A stretch of 64,000 nt of DNA, taken from Octopus sinensis. Lineage: Eukaryota. The notes beneath the pieces were generated by a model. That model was given only the letters and a program-made list of their open reading frames with translations. It ran no database searches and had not been told where the DNA came from. Of the stretch, positions 48,905-62,685 are shown in pieces (positions within the stretch are counted from its first letter, which is position 1; every line of letters begins with the position of its first letter). A program made the position numbers and the translations under genes. The DNA lies in contig NC_043014.1 in NCBI RefSeq assembly GCF_006345805.1, positions 42,966,001 to 43,030,000 of the forward strand, read 5' to 3'.

Positions 48905-49550
48905 TACAGGTTGAATGAGGATCTTAAGTAATACTTATTCAATATTTTCCTATACCTATGGTCTTGAGTAAAATGTTTTAATAACTATAAATTTATTCCT
49001 TTCTTTAAGAATTCCTTTTATCTATTACTTACATATGAAGTATTTCATACACTTTCTTCTGTCTTTTCCCTTTCATTCACTTCACCTCCCTAATACAGCT
49101 GCTGAATGAGGCCCTTCAGTTATACCTGTCAATTATTTTCCTATACCTATGTTCTTGTGTAATGCATTTATCTACTAATTTATTACACCTATTCTGTACT
49201 TCTAAGTTTATTTCTTTTTAATAATTCTTTTTACTTATTACATCTGAAGATTTCTTCCATTTTTCATACACTTTCTTTCTTCCTTCTTTTCTCTTTTTTT
49301 CAACTCACCTCATCTTATACAGCTGAACAAGACCCTTAAGTTATACCTATCAAATATTTTCCTATACTTATGGTCTTGTGTAAAATGTTTATCCACTAAT
49401 CTATTGCACTTCTTCTGTACCTATAAGTTTATTCCTTTGTTTAAGATTTCATTTTATTTATTACTTGTATTTCAAGATCTCTCTCCATCTCATGTATGTC
49501 TTTTCTTACTTCTTCTCCCTTTCTTTCATCACTTCACCTTCCCATATACA
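48905..49550. repeat. Old diverged tandem triplication (~190-230-bp unit)
   Basis: TACAG..TGAA..CTT(A/C)AGT(A/T)ATAC..TATTTTCCTATAC(C/T)TATG starts at 48905, 49094 and 49318. Confidence 0.75.
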
Positions 49551-50611
49551 ATTTTATCTGGGGGTAAGTTGTTGCTGTGAAGATATGGACCAATAAATTC
49601 ATAACAAAAGGAAAAAAAAAAATTTTTTAAATAAAGAAAAAAATAGAAGTCCTCAATTGAAATTTGATTTACGTCTGTCTCACCCCCCACCCCACCACCA
49701 CCACCATTTTACTTAAAACATAACAGTAACACTTCATAATTACTTAAAATAATATTAATTTCCATACTTAAAACAAACACACTCACGCATCAAAAAAACA
49801 AAAACAAAAGCAAAAAAAAAAAAAACAGAATCAAATCGTCTTTGCATCCACTCAAATATTTCATCTTCTACAAGCTCTTAGCATTTTTCAATTCGTTTCA
49901 ACAATTTCCCATGATTCCTCAGTGTAAGTCAGGCAGGCAGGCAGACAGGCAGGCAACAAGCCAGCCAGCCAGCCAGCCAACTGAACAGCCGGCTATTCAT
50001 TTTGCTAACTATAATCTTACATCTTGTTATTTACCTCAGTTGCTATCACCTCAGAATCTCTCCCTCTCTTGCACCCCTCCCCCCTCCCACTGAAAACGTA
50101 TATTGCTTTAGAATCTCATTTCTTAGTAATTTCCATTGTCCTTTATATGTCTCCTTCAATTTCCTTCTATTTTCTTTCATTTCTACTTTGTTCTTACAGG
50201 TTTTTTTTTTTACTTATATAACACACACACACACACACACACATGCACGTGTATGAATACATATATATATATAAATGTGTGTATGTATGTATATATATGT
50301 GTATATGTATATATGTGTGTGCGTATGTATGTGTATATATATATATATATATATATACATATGCATATACATATGTATGTATGTATTCATACATGCATAC
50401 ATATATAAATATATATGATGTCATATTATAAATATATGACATATATATATAAATATATATGACATATATATATATACATATATATATATACATACATATA
50501 TGATGTTATATTATAAATGATATATATATATATATGTGTGTGTGATGCTATATAATGAATATATGATATATATATATATGTGTGTGTGTGATGCTATATA
50601 ATGAATATATG

Positions 50612-50690
<79 letters not shown>

Positions 50691-50900
50691 CATTTATACA
50701 TATATATATAATATAATATATAATTATATTATATATGTTATAATTATTTTATATTACATTATTTAATACAATATAACATAATATATTATATTATGTCATT
50801 ACATGTACACGCATATACAATCATATACACACAGACACACACAAGTATATACATATATATTTCCTATGTGTGTATGCATATAAGAAATATATATATGTAT

Positions 50901-50931
<31 letters not shown>

Positions 50932-51777
50932 ATAATAATAATCAAATCATTTTGCTGATATCAGGAACACAACTGAGCTTTTATACGATATTTTTTTTTC
51001 AGTAATCTCTTTACATCTACTTTCATTTTTCGTTCATTACTTTCTGTGAACCTTATTTCCCAGCCCTCATCTTACCCCCATCTTATCTTTTTACTTTCCC
51101 CTTTGTAATTTTTATTCCCATTAACTCCATAAATTCCGCTAAATATCTACATCCACCTGAAATCTCTTTTTTTCCGCATGTCCTTCTGACACAAACTTTG
51201 TTATATGTCACCAATATTCTTGCTTTCCATTGTGTAGTATATAACAATGTCTGGGGTCTTTCGTTTTTTCTTCTATATCTCTCTCCCATTTTATATATAT
51301 ATATATATATATTTTTCTTGCATTGTATGCAATTCCACCACAATGCCACAAGCAACAATGCCACAGACTGGCATTTTCAGGTTTGTCTATTATTCGCAAA
51401 AAAAAAAAAAATTAATGAAGACCTGACTTAGCTCCAATGTTATTTGTCACAATAGTGATTATCATAAAAGAACATATCTGTGTTGGGCAATTAGCTAAGA
51501 ACTAGTGTTCGTAGCAAGATAAGATGTTTTTTTGAAGAAAAAATGGCAATTCATGTAAATATATACATAGACACATATACATACATGTGTGTGCGTGTGT
51601 GTGTATATTTATATCTATATATGTATCTATATATATATACATATATACACACATATATATGCATATATGTACATATATATATATATATATATATGCAAAT
51701 ATATACACATATATGTATGTATATATATTTATACATATAAATATACATATATATATACATATACATGTATGCATATA

Positions 51778-51820
<43 letters not shown>

Positions 51821-51912
51821 ATATACACACACACATGTACACACGCACACACATACACACACGTATATATAATATATATATATATAATATATATACACAT
51901 ATATATATATGA

Positions 51913-51960
<48 letters not shown>

Positions 51961-52132
51961 ATACAAGCATATATATGTGTATATATATGTGTGTGCATGT
52001 GTGTATAACAAACATTGATTCTGATAACTTGAATTTTTCGTATATAAAAATTGATACATATAAATAAATATATATATATACATACATAAACACATATGTA
52101 TGTATATATATATATGTATATATATATATATG

Positions 52133-52169
<37 letters not shown>

Positions 52170-52321
52170 GTATGTTTATATATATATGTATATATATGTA
52201 CGTATATATATGTATGTATATATATACATATATATACATATATATGTATATATATGTATATATACATATATATATTTATCTATCAATCTATATATATGTA
52301 TGTATGTATATATATAATATG

Positions 52322-52355
<34 letters not shown>

Positions 52356-52749
52356 AATACATATATATATACATACATACATACATATGTTTTTCTCCAT
52401 CCCATGTAACGTCGTCTATCATGATTCTTGGGGGCATTGTAGTCAAGTTCTATTTCCCCTTTTGTAAAGTTGCAGTAATTTTATGCATAGCATCCATATA
52501 GGAAACAGGGGTTCATATATTCTTATATTTGCAACATATTTATGGAGCAAGGACTTTTACATGGACATCCTGTCTAGATAGCTGGATATTGATTTCCAGA
52601 CTGATGGAAAGCTATGCGCACACTCAGTCAAGAATATGTTCTTGACCCCATGACTTATTCTTTGTAAGCCAAGTACTTATTGTATTAGTCTCTTTTGCTG
52701 AACTGCTAATTTACGGGGACGTAAGCACACCAGCTTCGGTTGTCAAGGA

Positions 52750-53150
52750 GCCAGTTGGGCAAGAGGGCTGGCATTGACCATAGTCAGGTGGTGCCTTTTA
52801 TGTGCCACCGCTAGAGGAGTACGTCAGGCAGTGCTGGCATCGGCCACATTCGGATGGCGCCTTTTACATGCCACCGGCGAAGGAGCCAGTCAGGGCGAGG
52901 GAGCTGGCATCAACCACATTCAGATGGTGCTTTTTACATGACACCGGCACAGGGAACCAGTCAGGTGACACTGGCAACGACCCATGCATGAAAGGTGCTT
53001 ATCGCGTGCCACCAGCATGGGAGCCAATCAGGTGACACTGACATCAGCCACAGCTACAATTTCCATTTGATTGTGGTTTGATTTGATTTTGATGTTGATC
53101 TACTTGACTCAGCAGGTCTCCTCATGCACGGCATGTCACCCAATGATCCA
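52750..53150 (-). mobile_element. RTE 3' UTR fragment
   Basis: GGTGC(C/T)TTTTA(C/T)ATG(C/A)CACC units and an ORF-end-like CAGGTCTCCTCATGCACGGCAT. Confidence 0.7.
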
Positions 53151-53221
53151 TAAATACTTTTGTTAGTAGGCTGGTTATGTGACACTGATGTAGGCTACAG
53201 CTGCGACCTATTTATAGTTAC

Positions 53222-53628
53222 TCTTTTACACTTTTACTCTTTTACTTGTATCAGTCATTTAACTGCGGCCATGCTGGAGCACCACCTTTAGTCGAGCAAA
53301 TCAACCCCAGGACTTATTCTTTGTAAGCCCAGTACTTATTCTATTGGTCTCTTTTGCCAAACCGCTAAGTGACGGCGACGTAAACACACCAGCATTGGTT
53401 GTCAAGCAATGCTAGGGGGACAAACACAGACACACAAACATACACACATATATATACATATATACGACGGGCTTCTTTCAGTTTCCGTCTACCAAATCCA
53501 CTCACAAGGCTTTGGTCGGCCCGAGGCTATAGTAGAAGACACTTGCCCAAGGTGCCACGCAGTGGGACTGAACCCGGAACCATGTGGTTGGTAAGCAAGC
53601 TACTTACCACACAGCCACACCTGCGCCT
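53222..53628 (-). mobile_element. SINE family A, full length
   Basis: Near-consensus reverse-complement copy. Confidence 0.93.
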
Positions 53629-54103
53629 TATACACACACACACAATATATTTACCCATTTATTCATTTTATCATATAATAAAATATTTTAGGTTTTGGAT
53701 AATGAAAGTTTACAGGATGATTCTTATATTTATTGACAATATTTCAAATATTCTTTTTTTCTTCTTTTTTCTATTTCTAAATGCTTCAGTTATTTGACTA
53801 CAGCCAACACTGGAGCATCACCTTCAAGGGTTTATGTCGAAGAAATCGACCTCTGGACTTATTCTTTGTAAGCCTAGTACTTATCCTACCAGTCGGTTTT
53901 CCCGAACCACTAAGTTACAGGGACATAAACACACCAACATAGGTTGTCAAATGATGGCGAGGGCACAAACACAGACACAAAGACGCTCAAACATAAATAT
54001 ATACATACATACATATATATATATATATTATATATATATATATATGATAATAATAATAATGATAATAGTAGTAGTAGTTGTTGTAGTCGTAGTAGTAGTG
54101 GTG

Positions 54104-54136
<33 letters not shown>

Positions 54137-54441
54137 AGGAACATAATTCCAAAACTTGCATGGAAAAATTCAATTGAACAATTTTAAATCAAATTTCACA
54201 ACATATATATATTTATATGTATATAATTTAGAGAAAAACTTCTATTAAACAATTCAATAAAGAAAGACATTTTTCACACCATACAGAAAACATATGGTAC
54301 TACTATTTACAATTTATTGTACTTTATTGATGTGAAATAAGTTTTTTTTATATACTATATGTTTTCTATATGGTGTGAATAACATCTTTCTTTATTGAAT
54401 TGTTTAATAGCGGTTTTCTCTAAATTATATACATACATAAA

Positions 54442-54582
<141 letters not shown>

Positions 54583-54647
54583 CAAAATAAGACAAGGTAG
54601 AAAATGGTAAAATAATTTTATCGTGATGAACATTTCAGTACTGGTAT

Positions 54648-54822
54648 TTTACATTATTTACATTTAACAGATATTTGTCCTCATCTCGTTTGTTGCTAAC
54701 ACAACGTTCTGGCTGATATACCCTCCAGCCTTCATCAGGTGTCTTAGGAAAATTTCGAAACTGGGTTTTCGTTCCTAAGGTATTTTTCTATGTTGTTGTT
54801 GTTGTTGTTCTTCTTCTTCTTG

Positions 54823-54864
<42 letters not shown>

Positions 54865-54880
54865 TATTATTATTTATTAA

Positions 54881-54923
<43 letters not shown>

Positions 54924-55020
54924 TATTATTAACAACAAACAAGACGAGGACAAAAATATCCGTCAAATGTAAATAATGTAAATAATGTACATAATTCCTC
55001 ATCTCTTAAATATAGAACTG
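54648..55020. mobile_element. Penelope-type HHR element in inverted arrangement (same family as the 26550-26713 tail)
   Basis: Minus copy 54648-54790 with GACAC-CTGATGA-A-GGCTG..CAGCC-AGAACGTT-GTGTT; microsatellite; then plus-strand 3' tail 54931-55020. Confidence 0.75.
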
Positions 55021-55130
55021 TATTTTAATATTGGTCTTTGCGGCTTTTTCGACTTAGAGTAAAGCATGAAAAATAATTAAATTGTGGAAAAATTAAACGA
55101 AACGTTTTTTTTTTTAGAATATTTCAATAG

Positions 55131-55379
55131 TTTTCAAACACAAGGGACGTTTTCCTTTTTTCTTTCTCTCTTTCTCGCTCATTTACTTTTGTGAAGGCTT
55201 GGTAGTTAGAAGTAGAAGATCTGAAGAAATATTTAATATGATATTAATATGTTATTAAATATTTCTTCAGATCTGCTACTACCTAATGCCAAGCCTTCAT
55301 AAAAGTAAAAGAGAAAGAGAGAGAGACAGAGACAGAGACAGACAGACAGAAAAAAGGAAAATGTCTCTTGTATTTGAAG
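55131..55379. mobile_element. Imperfect fold-back / MITE-like element
   Basis: TTTCAAACACAAGGGACGTTTTCC pairs with GGAAAATGTCTCTTGTATTTGAA; inner AGATCTGAAGAAATATTTAATA / TATTAAATATTTCTTCAGATCT. Confidence 0.7.
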
Positions 55380-55389
55380 ACTGTCACTT

Positions 55390-55803
55390 TACTTACTTTT
55401 ACTTTTACTTATACTTGTTTCAATCATTTGACTGTGGCCATGCTGGAGTACCGTTTTGACTCGAGCAAATCGACCCCAGGACTTATTCTTTGTAAGCCTA
55501 GTACTTATTCTATCGGTCTTTCTTGCCGAAGCACTAAGTTACGGGGACGTAAGCATACAAGCATCAGTTGTCAAATGATGTTGGGGGGACAAACACAGAC
55601 ACACAAACATATACACACATATATATATATACACATATATAAGACAGGCTTCTTTTCAGTTTCCATCTACCATATCCACTCACAAGGCTTTGGTCGGCCC
55701 AAAGCTATAGTAGAAGACACATGTCTGAAGTGCCATGCAGTGGGACTGAACCCGGAACCATGTGGTTGGTAAGCAAGCTACTTACTACACAGCCACTCCT
55801 CCA
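55390..55803 (-). mobile_element. SINE family A, full length
   Basis: Reverse complement of the family A consensus. Confidence 0.9.
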
Positions 55804-55879
55804 CCTATGGAAATATTTTTTTTTAATATTTCATATATAGATAGATAGATATAGATATATAGATATATATATAGATATT

Positions 55880-55943
<64 letters not shown>

Positions 55944-57159
55944 TAGATAGATAGATAGATAGATGTAAAGGTGCATGGCTTAGTGGTTAGAGTGTAGGGC
56001 TCACAATCATGAAGTAATGAGTTCAATTCTTGAACCAAGCTGTGTGTTGTGTTCTTGATTGAGACAACTTTATTTCACATTGCTCCAGTTCACTCAGCAG
56101 TAATCCCATAGTCAATCATGAACATGGGATCCCTTTTTATGTGTTTGTACAGGGAGGGTAATATGGCACCTGTGACTCTCTCACGAGTGACTCTATATGC
56201 TAACTATGACAACTGTCTACTAAGAATCCACAACTATAGCTGTCATTATACAAAATGAGAGATTTCCTTTCTCAGCATTTTTAGAATTTTTTTTTAGTAT
56301 AAACTCATTTTTGATTGGTTATTCTCTGTTCTTTACAAGAGAGTGAAGCCTTATAGGAAAAAAGAATTCTGTACTATTCTGTTTTTATTTTCATTTCTTC
56401 ATAAAATAATTATAAAACATTTTATTTTCTATATCTATTTTTTAATTATTATTTTTTTTAATTTAGCATTTATCCTCTCTCTAATCATAAGCAGTCTGTT
56501 TCAGAAATTTTGTTTTCTCATCAGTGTGATGTGATCTACAGGATTAAGTACATTAATATACTTGGAAGAGTTTATAAAATTAGATAAGAATACTTGAAAA
56601 GATTGATAATCTTTTCTTTCATTTTTTTGTTTCGTGGAAAAAAAAGAAAATAGCAGCAGTTGAAGACATTAGCAAAATATTGGTAAAAATTCATGAAATT
56701 CTTCGTTCATTTCAAATCAGATAGAAAGATAGATTTACCGACTGATTTTAGATTGTTTTATGAATTTGAAAAATGTATAGAATGTATATTTTCTCTGTCA
56801 AGTTTTTCTAATTTCCATGGCAGACATGAATTTTCTTTTCAGTTCCAAGATAAAAATGGAAAAAAAGTAAACCAGTTGTCTGTGAATGTAGAGAGGATAA
56901 ATGTTACGTTTTTTTTTTTTTTAATTGATACAGAAAATAAAATATTATTTTATAATGATTTTATGAATAAAAAACGTAATATAGTACAGAACATTTTCAG
57001 CAAGACTTCTCTGCCTTGAAATGAATATATATTGTGTAGAAAATTCTAGCTACATAAAGTAATAGAGATTTTCATTTTGCTTGACAATAATCATAAATGG
57101 AGGTTTTTGGTAGCTATCAGACACACGGATTTAATATAAGGACACATTACCAAGCCAAG

Positions 57160-57416
57160 AGCACCACACTATAAATAGGGAATAGTGGAAAACCACGGAC
57201 AACATATTACCTATAAATAGAGAAGGGAAGAATGTCACGGGCTACATATTCCCTAGAAATAGGGAACAGAGGAGAGTTAAAGGAAGCATATTTCTTATAA
57301 ACAACAACATATTTTTTATAAAGAGGGAATATGGGAGAACCAAAAACGACATATTCCCTATAAATAAACATGACAGATTTGAAAGCCAAAGGCAACATAT
57401 TCCCTATAAATAGGGG
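57160..57416. repeat. Degenerate array of ACATATTCCCTATAAATAGGG cores (MEF2/TATA-like)
   Basis: CTATAAATAG at 57169, 57211 and 57404; CTAGAAATAG at 57253; CTATAAATAA at 57358. Confidence 0.75.
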
Positions 57417-57944
57417 TTTGCCTGAGGATAGAGCATGTGTAAAGTATAGCCTGTTTTGTCCTTATAGCTAAATATGTGAAGCAGAAAATGATATTCATCT
57501 TAGTGAAGTGTATTGGTATGAATTCTTTATGATATGAAGGGAGTTTAGTTGAAATGCTATTGTATCTCCTCTTGTGTTATCTGTGTTGTTTTGATACCAT
57601 GACATGCTGTGTGTATTGACGTTTTCATAAGTGACAGTATTTGAGATTGTTAAGGTGTATGATTACATGATATACATTGGCTATTTTAGGTTTTTACCCT
57701 GTATTATGCATGTTAAAGACGTTTGTCTTCTTTTTAAGTAGAATATTTTTGTTTGTGTGATGTAGTAAAATTTCTTTGGAGCTGAGGACAACTGTAGAAA
57801 GTTAATGACAATACTTCTCATATATTTTATGTTGTATTTTCTTTATTGGAATGCTTTAAGCATTATGTTGTTCTGTATGTATGAATGTGACCTTATAACA
57901 GAGGGATGATCCTCTAGTGCCAATGTTCTCTTCGTTTTGTGCTA

Positions 57945-58121
57945 GACGTAGGAGTGGCTGTGTGGTAAGTAGCTTGCTTACCAACCACAGGGTTCCGGAT
58001 TCAGTCCCACTGCGTGCCACCTTGGGCAATTGTCTTCTACTATAGCCTCGGGGCAACCAAAGCCTTGTGAGTGTATTTGGTTGACAGAAACTGAAAGAAG
58101 CCCGTCGTATCTATGCATATG

Positions 58122-58154
<33 letters not shown>

Positions 58155-58290
58155 ATGTTTGTATGTCTGTTTGTCCCCCCAACATCGTTTGACAACCGAT
58201 GCTGGTGTGTTTACGTCCCTGTAACTTAGTGGTTCTGCAAAAGAGACTGATACAATAAGTACTAGGCTTACAAAGAATAAGTCCTGGGGT
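57945..58290 (+). mobile_element. SINE family A, 3' truncated
   Basis: Head at GTAGGAGTGGCTGTGTGG; ends after AATAAGTCCTGGGGT. Confidence 0.88.
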
Positions 58291-59344
58291 ATGAGAGTTA
58301 AAGAGTGGTTTTGTGCAAATTTTTATCATACTTCATGTCAATCTGTCAGCGCCAATGCTTTACAAGAATTCCAACCATGATTTGAATATTCACGACTGTT
58401 CTCAGACATAATGCATTCATATCTATTTTTATCATACTCCATGTCAATCTTTCTGTGTCAAGTTGTCAATGCTTGACAAGAATTCCAGTCATGATTTGAA
58501 TATTCATGACCGTTCTCAGACATGATGCATTCATATCTATTCAATCCAATACAATATATTTTTAAAATTTTATTCTTAAAGTTGGCAGGATGAGATTTGA
58601 GGGAAATTTGGCCACTTTTCTAGCATGTCCATGTGACTATACGGTGGCTCTCTCGGTAGTAGCATTATTAATACAGAGTTTATCTGGAAAGTGAAACTAC
58701 AAGAGGTCAGCGTTCTTGGATCAGGAAACAATCTTTGAAAACATGGAAGCAGGAACAAAGCATTGATTGAATTTATCATTGTCTCGCTCGGGTTTTAATC
58801 CTATTTCCAAACGTAATGTTTTAGAAGAGAGAAAAATATTCTCGACTTACTGCACAACTGGTATTGTTGATTAGTTAGACTTTGCACCAGTGGCTTCTAC
58901 TTCCAAGTTCTGTGTGCCAAAGTCTATGCATGAAGACTTTATCACCAATATGATATATTCTGCCAGTAGTTGACTGAATGTAATAAAATTACACGAGACA
59001 AGTTATAAACATAAATACCCAGCTATCTTTTGATCTGAAGACATTAATAGGTAGATTGATTGACATATTAGATAAATAGATGTTGCTGCAGCTCTCCGTA
59101 ATATCGTGTAACGAAGAGTTATATCTGAAAACTGGATGCAAGTCTGCAATGAAAATTTATGTAAATATTGCCACAGCTTTGGCTAGTAATAAAGAATTTA
59201 TTGCATGTGAATACAATGTCTGTGTAGTTAGTTGCATCGGCATAACAACATGCCACCATACATGTGAAGATGTTTATACATGTCTTGCACATGCACAGAA
59301 TTCACACATGCCCACACACACATGCACACAGGAATACCTATGTA

Positions 59345-59421
59345 TATATATCAATATATCTATCTATCTATCTCTCTACATACCTACCTACCTACCTATC
59401 CATCTACCTACCTACCTATCC

Positions 59422-59474
<53 letters not shown>

Positions 59475-59667
59475 CCTATCTACCTACCTACCTACCAACC
59501 TATCTATCTATCCATCTATCTATCTATCTATCTACCTATCTATCTATCTACCTACCTATCTATCTATCTATCTATCCATCTATCTATCTATCTACCTACC
59601 TACCAACCTATCTATCTATCTATCTGTCTATCTATCTACCTATCTATCTATCTACCTACCTACCAAC

Positions 59668-59702
<35 letters not shown>

Positions 59703-59915
59703 CCTACCTATCTATCTATCTATCTATCTATCTAACTATCTATCTACCTACCTACCTACCTATCTATCTATCTATCTGTCTATCTATCTACCTATCTACC
59801 TACCTACCTACCAACCTATCTATCTATCCATCTATCTATCTATCTACCTACCTACCAACCTATCTATCTATCTATCTGTCTATCTATCTACCTATCTATC
59901 TATCTATCTATCTCT
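59345..59915. repeat. Compound (TATC)n/(TACC)n tetranucleotide repeat
   Basis: Seen directly; recurring CTACCTACCAACCTATC subunit. Confidence 0.95.
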
Positions 59916-59948
59916 ATATGTGTGTTTGTTTGTGTGTGTGTGTGTGTA

Positions 59949-59984
<36 letters not shown>

Positions 59985-59996
59985 CACACACACACA

Positions 59997-60038
<42 letters not shown>

Positions 60039-61615
60039 AATATACGGGGTGCTATATCTGAATATATATGTGTGTGCATGTATATATATATATATATATA
60101 TATGATATATATGTGTATTTGTACATGCATACATATTTGCATACCTGCATACTTGCATAGGTGCATTCGTTAATACTTACTTTCATATATCTACCCACAT
60201 ATATATACATGTATACCATTATCAATTCCATAATAATAAGTATGAACATAAACGTTCACCTGTTTCAATTATGCATGGTTACTGACGTAACGTAGATTCT
60301 ACAAATAAGAATAGGTATAGCATGGTGGTGGCAACAATGGTGGTGTTGGTGGCGGTGGTGGTGGTGGCGGCAATGGCAGCGATGGTGGCGGCGGTGGCGG
60401 TGGCAGCGCCGGTGGTAGTGGTGGTGGTGGTGGTGGGGAAGTTTAAGTCTCTTCAAGTGATGTGGATGATCTAGTTATCTATAACACTAACTACAGAAAG
60501 ACAATTAATTGGTTGCCTGTCTTCCTTTCTCTCCCTTTCTCTCTCTATCACACACACACATGCACACACATACATACATGCATGCACACACACAGGTAAG
60601 ATATAGAGAGACGGCGACAGGTTGATTTCAACCAAATTCTGCTCGGGGATAAGCAACAGAAGGTGAAGAACATAAAAGTAATTCCAAGATACCAATTTAT
60701 CTAGTTCACATATTACACAACACAGAGTTCTATAATATAACTTTCACTATACTTTAAAGATGAGTGGAACACAATTTATGGAAGCTGAAGAGGATCATGC
60801 GAAAAACTTAGACTACTTTGAATTTGAATTTCTAACCTTCAGTAGATTTAATCCGGCATTTGGTTTAACACTGCTATCACCTGGCCCCTGGGTGTTCTTT
60901 AGTAGAGTAAATTCTGTTGAAAGCCCTTTGGGGGTCGGGTTTCGTGCCAGCGAATAAATTCTTCTCATCAATTTCGGAGACCTTTAAAAATGGATAATTG
61001 GCGCTACATTGCCACCTTTGATTAAGCCATGTTGTCGTTGCCATCGTCATCATCATCACATCATGTCATCATCATCATCATCACATCATCATCATCATCA
61101 TCATGTCGTCATCATCAGCGCTGTCATCATCATCGTTGTTGTTCTTGTCACCAGTGCAATTGTCACTGTTATCATCATCATCATCATCATCGCCAACACC
61201 CCACCACCACCTCCACTGCCACCACCATCATTATCATCATTTTTAATGTCCACTTTCTCATGCTTGCATATACAAAGACCTTGAGGTAGATATTTTAATG
61301 GCTTGATGCCTTTCCTGTTGCCAACCCTACCCTGTTTTCAAGGAAGATAATAAATAATTTTCCTATGGCTTGATATGTTCTTACAGAATATTGGAAATGA
61401 GTGTCATCGCTTGTATGATAGCAACACTCATTCACAACTGTCACATGCCGTCAAGATATATATATATATTACTTATCCATCCTCTCACACCATCTCCGAT
61501 GAAGGCATATAATTAATAAATATCCTGGAAACAGCTGTAAGACCTATCTATAAATGTTCTAATATCTACACAGCCTTGGTCTTTTATCTCATTATGCAAA
61601 AAAATTCATACATAC

Positions 61616-61647
<32 letters not shown>

Positions 61648-62109
61648 TCTTGACACCAAGCTTCCTGATGATTTCATTTGAATGAAACAGTTCTAGTCCT
61701 GTAGAAGCTCCTTCTATAAAATAAATTAATTTACTCTGCTATGCATTGAGTACCTTATTTACTGTGGTTAACCCCGACTCAACCCGGGACCTACATATAT
61801 ATATATATATACACATAAAGAGGCCACAAATGATGTTTAAAATTTATGACAGCTGTTTTGGGAGAATATTATAGATGCATTCATAGATTACGTCATAACA
61901 TAGAATCCACCATCATCAGGTAACATTTTAAACAGATATGACGTTAACCAGGTGAAATTTCATACATTGAACATGATGAATCCAATCTTTACCTCCCTGT
62001 TAACTCTCTGTTATTACACCTAGCCATTTCTGGCATCCTACATACTGTTGTGCCTAGTTTCTATTGAAATGAATCCCTATAGCCTACTTATACATACATA
62101 TATATATGT

Positions 62110-62270
62110 GAAAACATGTTTGGCCAGGGAGAAATAGCACCTTGCTTGGAAACAGATGAGGGTTAGTGACAGGAAGGACATCCAGTCAGAGAAAATCTGA
62201 CCCACCAATGAATTCTGTTTGACCCTTGCAAGCAAGGGAAACTGAACATTGAACATAGAAAACGATGACG
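62110..62270 (+). mobile_element. Dispersed repeat family D followed by (GAT)n
   Basis: GAAAACATGTTTGGCC..GACAGGAAGGACATCC..GCAAGCAAGG; related copies at ~2650, ~9415, ~26890, ~61240 and ~63380. Confidence 0.65.
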
Positions 62271-62685
62271 GCAAGGATGATTGTGGTGGTGGTGATGATG
62301 ATGGTAATGATGATGATGATGATGACGACGACGACAATGACCATGACAATGATGATGAAGATGACGACGACAACGGCAACAATGATGATGACAATGACAA
62401 TGATGATGGTGATGATGATGATGATTTTGATGATGATGATGGTGGTGATGATGAAAATTATGATGATGGTGATGATGATGATGATGATGATGATGATGAC
62501 GACGACAATGACAATGATGATGATGATGGTGACGATGATGGTGGTAGTGATGATGATGATGTTGATAACAATGATAGTGATAATAACAATGATGATGATG
62601 ACGACAACAACGATGATGACGATGACGGTGATGATGATGATGATGGTGATGATGATGAAGATGGTAGTGATGATGACGATGATTC
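62270..62685. repeat. (GAT/GAC/GGT)n compound microsatellite
   Basis: Seen directly. Confidence 0.95.

Noticed and set aside
56693-57019. 108-aa ORF
   Set aside because: AT-rich F/K/N/I-biased sequence with a poly-T run; no recognisable homology
57160-57416. CRISPR-like repeat-spacer appearance
   Set aside because: Eukaryotic context, degenerate cores, spacings in multiples of 21 bp and no cas genes; better explained as a decayed minisatellite
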